Positions 58,402 through 64,000 of a stretch of 64,000 nucleotides of DNA are shown here, piece by piece; the stretch's first letter is position 1, and each line of letters starts with the position of its first letter. The notes under the pieces are model-generated. The model was not told the DNA's origin. It saw nothing but the letters and a program-made list of their open reading frames with translations, and did not search any database. The stretch lies in sequence record SRR31156797_336. One strand, written 5' to 3'. Both the position numbers and the translations under genes were made by a program.

Positions 58402-58689
58402 ATGGCTAGTAGAAGACGCTTAAAAAAGGATATAGATTATCTTTGTTTCGAAGTTATTTCGGACTGCTACAATTACAATTATTTGCATCCTGCAAAGCAA
58501 GATCAGGTATTGGAAATCGTTAGAGATACAATCATTGCCAGAAACGGACTAATTGCCAGAGTTAATCATCCTGACGGAAAAGATAATTCTAAGTTAGTGA
58601 AAGCGCATTACAAAGCTATTTTCACTGATTTGCTTAAGAATGTTGACGAATCTTTTACTAGATTAAGCAGTTTAATCAAGGAAAAATAA
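58402..58689 (+). CDS. Conserved Bacteroidota hypothetical protein
   Basis: 95-aa ORF, MASRRRLKKDI N-terminus; TACCTTTG promoter-like element upstream. Confidence 0.7.
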   Translation: MASRRRLKKDIDYLCFEVISDCYNYNYLHPAKQDQVLEIVRDTIIARNGLIARVNHPDGKDNSKLVKAHYKAIFTDLLKNVDESFTRLSSLIKEK

Positions 58690-58739
58690 TTTTCTGGGAA
58701 AGATATTTTAATAGCTTTGCGATTAGCAAAGCTTTTTTT

Positions 58740-59459
58740 ATGCCCGAAAAAATAATAACACTACCAGATTTAGGAGAAATCAGTTTGCGTACTGATAAGA
58801 GATTCAGACGATTATCCATTCGAATGGCTCCCAATAAAGGAGTGTGGATCAATTTACCTCCTGGAGTATCGCAAAAGGAAGCTATTGAATTTGCAGTTTC
58901 AAACAAAGAGTGGATAATTAAAAATAAGAAGAAGAAAGAGGAAAAAGAAAGTCAAAAAACTGTTTTTAATTCCAATACCGAATTTCGGACCAGATACCAC
59001 CAGGTGCACATAACTCCGCAAAAAACCAACGAATATTCTGCCAGCTTGTCTGATGGTAAACTCAAAATTATATATCCGGAGCATATTAGAGTTGAGAGTG
59101 AAAATTTTCAGGAGTTTGTGCGACATTCAATTATTGAAACTTTAAGGAGGGAAGCCAAATACTATTTGCCCAAAAGAATTAAACATCTAGCTAAGCTTCA
59201 CAAATTCACTTATACTTCAGTTCAGGTGAAAAATACCAAAAGTCGATGGGGTTCATGTACTCATGACAATAAAATAAACCTTAGTTTGCATTTAATGCGA
59301 TTACCAGAGGAGCTTTCTGATATGGTGATATTACATGAGTTGTGCCATACGAAAATCAAAAATCATTCCGAACAGTTTTGGATTTTATTAGGTCAATATT
59401 GTACTGATTTGAATTCCAAACGAAAAGAAATTAAAAAATTCTCAACAAACATTATTTAA
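58740..59459 (+). CDS. YgjP/DUF45 (M48-like) metal-dependent hydrolase
   Basis: KSRWGSC, HELCH, NHS..FW. Confidence 0.88.
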   Translation: MPEKIITLPDLGEISLRTDKRFRRLSIRMAPNKGVWINLPPGVSQKEAIEFAVSNKEWIIKNKKKKEEKESQKTVFNSNTEFRTRYHQVHITPQKTNEYSASLSDGKLKIIYPEHIRVESENFQEFVRHSIIETLRREAKYYLPKRIKHLAKLHKFTYTSVQVKNTKSRWGSCTHDNKINLSLHLMRLPEELSDMVILHELCHTKIKNHSEQFWILLGQYCTDLNSKRKEIKKFSTNII

Positions 59460-59460
59460 T

Positions 59461-59814
59461 ATGAGTAAAGAAATCTATATCCTTATAGGAGTCTGCGTAT
59501 TTGCATTTCTTATTGGTGGTAAACTCAGGAAAAGTCTAAAGCCAAAGAATAAGCCAGTAAAAGGGAAGAAAAGCAAGCATAAAGTTCAGCAAAAAACAGT
59601 TTCTCCAGCGAAAAAAAAACTAAGAAAGGTATTTACCATTTTTATGCTGGCAATAGTTTTTGGACTTCTTATATTTATGATACCAGCATTAAGTAGAGAC
59701 TTGTTAACCAATGGTGGAGAATATAGTCAGAACTTAATATTGCGGATTTTAATTGTAGCATTTTCAATTTACATTCTATTTACCGGATTTATTAAAATTA
59801 GGAAGACAAAATAG
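59461..59814 (+). CDS. Small membrane protein
   Basis: Three hydrophobic segments separated by a Lys-rich linker. Confidence 0.65.
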   Translation: MSKEIYILIGVCVFAFLIGGKLRKSLKPKNKPVKGKKSKHKVQQKTVSPAKKKLRKVFTIFMLAIVFGLLIFMIPALSRDLLTNGGEYSQNLILRILIVAFSIYILFTGFIKIRKTK

Positions 59815-59853
59815 CGTCTAAATTTAGACGAGAAGAATTCCAAAATTGATCAT

Positions 59854-59897
59854 ATGGCGTAAAAGTTGCTAAAATAGTGGCTTTTACGCCATTTTTT
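59854..59897 (+). terminator. Intrinsic terminator
   Basis: ATGGCGTAAAAGTTGCTA-N-TAGTGGCTTTTACGCCAT plus T run. Confidence 0.75.
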
Positions 59898-59921
59898 CAT
59901 GCCTTAAAGTCTCTTAGAAGA

Positions 59922-60782
59922 TGATATTTGTAAATTGTCGAGATAAGGGACTTAAAATTTATAGTATTTAGGCGAATATATTTCCAAAAAGCAACATTCC
60001 AACAATAAACGAATTTACAAATCTAATTTCAAGATGTAAACTTTAAGATTATTCCGAATTTACATTAGTTATACGCGCCGAGCATACAAATGTAAATTAA
60101 ATTAACGCGCCGTTACATTTGTTTATCCCGAATCACTAATGTCAGAATTGACAATAGTTACAAGATTTTAATTGTTTAGTTACAGACTTAAAAGGTTTAT
60201 AATTGTCATCAACTTGAATATTTAGATCCACTAAGATCTGACAGCCTGCTAGTTAATGCTGATTAACGAACTAATGATTCAATCGAAAGTTTATAAATGT
60301 ATCATATTATATAATCCTAGTGACACAATTGTAACTTTACTGAATTTAAAACTCTTATATTCTGACTCTTACAGATCCTATTTGCAGTTATAATTTAGCA
60401 TGTATTAGTTATGAAATGCTAAATTTTATGCATAAATGTGAATTTTATAGGTGTTGCGTAATGTTAACGAGCATAATCACCCCATAACATCCTTATTATC
60501 AAGCTATATATCCCTACTAAGTGTTATCTTAGCAAATTTCTCTATATAAAGATAAATATTAGATCATATTGCCCATATAGGTTTAAATATATTGTAATCA
60601 ATACCTATCAGCCTATTTACAAGACTTACCTCCTGTGACATTTGTAACATGGCAGAATAGTTTAATGATGTATCTTTAATTACTTTCGTAAACCACATAA
60701 GTAAACTTCGAACTATTGTTCAATTTGCTTTTTGTAAATTAATTTCTAACTTTGTAACATTAAACGCAATTAACATCTGTAA
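59922..60782. repeat. Array of imperfect TTACA-N2-TGTAA palindromes
   Basis: About 12 copies with 1-2 mismatches found by eye. Confidence 0.55.
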
Positions 60783-60801
60783 CTACTTTAAAATTACGAC
60801 C

Positions 60802-61242
60802 ATGATTAAGAATCGCATTGTTCAACTAATAAGCAGCGAAAGCTTAACTTCCTCTAAATTTGCGGATAAAATTGGAGTGCAACGCTCCAGTATTTCCCAT
60901 ATTCTATCTGGAAGAAATAAGCCTAGCTTCGATTTCATTCAAAAAATCATACACTCCTTCCCTCATATTAGCGTAGATTGGATAATTACTGGTGATGGTG
61001 AGATGTATAAACAACAAGAATCTACCTCCTTATTCGACTCTCCTGATTTAAATGAGTATAAAGAAGAGACAAATCAGTCACAAGTTACTCAACCTCCTAA
61101 ACTTAAAAAAGAGCCTGTATCTAAGCCTAATACGGTATCTGAGCCGGTTTTAGAGATGAATGCCTTTGTTCCTGGTAAGCAAATAGAAAAGGTCGTTGTG
61201 TTTTATACTGATAAAACTTTTAGAGAATACAATCCCTCTTAA
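60802..61242 (+). CDS. XRE-family HTH regulator
   Basis: FADKIGVQRSSISHILSGRNKPS; C-terminal IEKVVVFYTDKTF; TAACTTTG promoter element at 60747-60754. Confidence 0.9.
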   Translation: MIKNRIVQLISSESLTSSKFADKIGVQRSSISHILSGRNKPSFDFIQKIIHSFPHISVDWIITGDGEMYKQQESTSLFDSPDLNEYKEETNQSQVTQPPKLKKEPVSKPNTVSEPVLEMNAFVPGKQIEKVVVFYTDKTFREYNPS

Positions 61243-61304
61243 GTTTTTTTTAAATTATCTTTGCCTGAATTTATTTTTAAATAGATAAAATATTTCTAGG
61301 CACC

Positions 61305-62069
61305 ATGAAAAAATTAGTACAGGACTTTGAGGTACTGCGCAAAGAAGAACTGAATGATGAGCATTTCGTGCTGGATGTAAAGGCTTTAGAGCCACTTCCT
61401 GAGATACATCCCGGACAATTTGTAAACGTCTTAGTTAAAAACTCTAGTACCACCTTTTTAAGAAGACCTTTATCCATACATTTTGTTGATTACGAGCAAA
61501 ATGTAATTAAACTCTACATCAAAAAGATTGGAGAAGGAACAAAAAAACTGGGAGAACTTGTAAAGGGTGACTCCCTAAACATCGTATTTCCCTTAGGAAA
61601 CCAATATTCCATTCCTGAAAATTCTAATACACTGCTTGTTGGTGGTGGATGTGGCGTCGCCCCTCTACTTTACCTGGCTAAACACCTTCATAAAGCAGGT
61701 AATAAGGTAACTACCATTCTTGGTGTTAGATCTGCTAAAGATGCCGTAGAATTGGATGCTTATAAAGCTTATGGCGATATATTAGTGACTACTGAAGATG
61801 GATCCTTTGGCGAAAAAGGCTATCCAACCCAGCATTCTGCTTTAGACAAAGAAACTTTCGATTACGTATTCACCTGTGGTCCAGAACCTATGATGAAGGC
61901 TGTTGCAACTTATGCAAAAAAGAAAGATATACCTTGTGAAGTATCGCTTGAGAACACTATGGCTTGCGGATTTGGAGCTTGTTTATGCTGTGTTACAGAG
62001 ACTACTACAGGAAATAAATGTACTTGTACCGAAGGACCGGTATTCAATATAAATGATCTGAAATGGTAA
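61305..62069 (+). CDS. pyrK: Dihydroorotate dehydrogenase electron transfer subunit
   Basis: [33 protein letters not shown]. Confidence 0.95.
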   Translation: MKKLVQDFEVLRKEELNDEHFVLDVKALEPLPEIHPGQFVNVLVKNSSTTFLRRPLSIHFVDYEQNVIKLYIKKIGEGTKKLGELVKGDSLNIVFPLGNQYSIPENSNTLLVGGGCGVAPLLYLAKHLHKAGNKVTTILGVRSAKDAVELDAYKAYGDILVTTEDGSFGEKGYPTQHSALDKETFDYVFTCGPEPMMKAVATYAKKKDIPCEVSLENTMACGFGACLCCVTETTTGNKCTCTEGPVFNINDLKW

Positions 62070-62977
62070 ATTTAGGAGTAAAACTTAAAGATTTAAGCTT
62101 AAAAAACCCTGTGATGACTGCTTCCGGAACCTTTGGTTTTGGTGAAGAATTCGAGGATTTTATCGATATAAACAGATTAGGCGGTATTTTAGTTAAAGGT
62201 ACTACCAGACATCACCGTGAAGGAAATCCTTATCCTAGAATGGCTGAAACGCCTTCAGGGATGCTTAATGCTGTTGGATTACAGAATAAAGGTGTAGAGA
62301 ATTTTTGCAAAGAAATATACCCTAGAATAAAGCATTACGATACGAATATTTTGGTAAATGTATCAGGTTCGGTAATAGAAGATTACGTGGAAACAGCTGC
62401 AATGATTAACGAATTAGAGCACATTCCTGCTATCGAATTAAATATCTCTTGTCCTAATGTAAAGGAAGGTGGTATGGCTTTCGGAACTAGCTGTGCATCG
62501 GCTGCTTCAGTGGTAAAAGAGGTTCGTAAGGTCTACAAAAAGCATCTTATGGTGAAATTATCTCCTAATGTAACTGATATTACAGAGATTGCTAAAGCTG
62601 TGGAAGCTGAAGGTGCCGATTCAGTGTCCTTAATAAACACTTTACTGGGAATGGCAATTAATGCAGAAACAAGAGAGCCTTTATTATCAACTATAACAGG
62701 TGGTTTATCAGGTCCTTGCGTGAAGCCAGTAGCTTTACGTATGGTGTGGCAGGTATTTAATGCAGTTAAGATTCCTATTGTTGGCTTAGGCGGTATAATG
62801 AATGCTAAGGATGCAATAGAGTTCTTATTGGCTGGAGCAACGGCAATTCAGTTAGGAACGGCAAATTTCATCGATCCACAGGTTACAGTTAAGGTGGTTG
62901 AAGGAATTGAGGAATATATGACAAGGCATAACATTCAAGATATCAATGAATTAATTGGAGGATTGAAATATCAGTAA
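62063..62977 (+). CDS. pyrD: Dihydroorotate dehydrogenase (family 1B)
   Basis: ASGTFG, NAVGLQN, NISCPN, KLSPN, GGLSG. Confidence 0.96.
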   Translation: MVNLGVKLKDLSLKNPVMTASGTFGFGEEFEDFIDINRLGGILVKGTTRHHREGNPYPRMAETPSGMLNAVGLQNKGVENFCKEIYPRIKHYDTNILVNVSGSVIEDYVETAAMINELEHIPAIELNISCPNVKEGGMAFGTSCASAASVVKEVRKVYKKHLMVKLSPNVTDITEIAKAVEAEGADSVSLINTLLGMAINAETREPLLSTITGGLSGPCVKPVALRMVWQVFNAVKIPIVGLGGIMNAKDAIEFLLAGATAIQLGTANFIDPQVTVKVVEGIEEYMTRHNIQDINELIGGLKYQ

Positions 62978-63125
62978 TTAAAAGGTACTTATTAAAGAAT
63001 TATTTCTCTAATTTAAATTTGATGAGTTTACATTTGTAATTACACTTGTAAACTCATTGTTTTTTATTACAGGTTTGATATCTTCTTGTTAGATACAAAT
63101 AATTAGTATACTATAGATATACAGT

Positions 63126-64000
63126 ATGTTACACGGACACGGAGACGACGGATACAAATATAAACAAGCTATTGTTGCCAATTTTAGCACAAATGTGTGG
63201 TATGGTGGACAATCAGAAGATCTAAAGAATCATTTAATTAGCAATTGGGATATAATTGATTCCTACCCCGAGGCATCAGCAGAAAGCTTAATTGATTTAA
63301 TAGCTAAAGATTTAAAGATTGAGCAAGAGATGCTTATTGCTACTAATGGTGCTACAGAAGCCTTCTATTTAATCGCTCAATGCTTTAAAAATCAGTCATC
63401 AACCATAGTAATTCCAACCTTTTCAGAATACGAAGATGCTTGTAGAGTTAACAGTCATGAGCTTTTCTTTACGAACTGGAGTGAATTAACTGCTACAACC
63501 AAATTCCACACACGATTAGTTTGGATCTGCAATCCTAACAACCCTACTGGATCTATTTTGGATCTTCTAAGCCTGGAATCTTTATTGAGTTTAAACCAAA
63601 ATTCAACTTTTATTATCGATGAAGCTTATATAGATTTTACCGATTGTATTTCATCTTCTATAGATTTGATCAAAAAACACAAAAATCTTGTCATTGTAAA
63701 ATCTCTCACCAAAAACTTCGCAATTCCCGGTCTGAGATTGGGATATTTGGTTTCGAACAAGGAAATGGTACAGGATATCGAATTCTACAAGCCTCCATGG
63801 ACGGTGAATTCACTAGCAATTGAGGCTGGAAAATACTTAATTGAGCACAAAAGTGAAATATTGCCACCTGTAAACTATTACAAATCAGCATCGAAAAAAT
63901 TACAGGAAAATTTGAGTAAAATTTCAGGATTGAAAATTCACGATTCAAAAACTTCCTATTTTTTGATCGAACTAGAAGAAATCAGCTCTTTTGAGTTAAA
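63126..64000 (+). CDS. cobD: Threonine-phosphate decarboxylase / class I-II PLP enzyme (partial, runs off window)
   Basis: Not in ORF track; read by hand: MLHGHGDD, NFSTNV, TNGATEAF, ICNPNNPTG, DEAY, KSLTKNFAIPGLRLGY. Confidence 0.85.
   Translation, partial: MLHGHGDDGYKYKQAIVANFSTNVWYGGQSEDLKNHLISNWDIIDSYPEASAESLIDLIAKDLKIEQEMLIATNGATEAFYLIAQCFKNQSSTIVIPTFSEYEDACRVNSHELFFTNWSELTATTKFHTRLVWICNPNNPTGSILDLLSLESLLSLNQNSTFIIDEAYIDFTDCISSSIDLIKKHKNLVIVKSLTKNFAIPGLRLGYLVSNKEMVQDIEFYKPPWTVNSLAIEAGKYLIEHKSEILPPVNYYKSASKKLQENLSKISGLKIHDSKTSYFLIELEEISSFEL

Noticed and set aside
59900-60801. CRISPR array, dif site or definite oriC
   Set aside because: Repeats are short, degenerate and irregularly spaced; no XerC/XerD arm pair or DnaA boxes recognised; skew cannot be computed here
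786-63948. The many 60-170 aa ORFs overlapping larger genes (e.g. 1445-1804, 17832-18218, 23613-24059, 50778-51281, 63706-63948)
   Set aside because: Antisense or off-frame shadows of well-supported genes, with no recognisable motifs

Overview
AT-rich chromosomal window from a Bacteroidota bacterium. TAnnTTTG promoters, a T9SS C-terminal domain and the gene content suggest a Marinilabiliales/Bacteroidales-type organism (inference). Most of it is housekeeping metabolism: gltBD, an argA-G-C-D-B-E-H-carAB operon, cysE-cysK, cbiA, rpsF-rpsR-rplI, mtaB plus a miaB-like gene, bioAFGCD, pyrK-pyrD and a partial cobD. Accessory genes include an orphan 545-aa curlin-repeat protein, an Arg-gingipain-like C25 protease and a fasciclin/CarH-like/ECF-sigma module with no crt genes beside it. 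The most striking signals are in DNA the ORF track leaves empty. (1) The ~650-nt arg operon leader holds four tandem Arg-codon leader peptides; three have terminator/antiterminator/protector pairings, which looks like a serial arginine attenuator. (2) A 52-aa leader peptide ending CCCYCCCC lies upstream of cysE-cysK. (3) An array of TTACA-N2-TGTAA-like palindromes fills a 1-kb gap before an XRE regulator. (4) Two tandem sRNA candidates read as antisense to translation-initiation regions. No CRISPR array, transposase, integrase or prophage was seen. All RNA structures were paired by eye and not computed.
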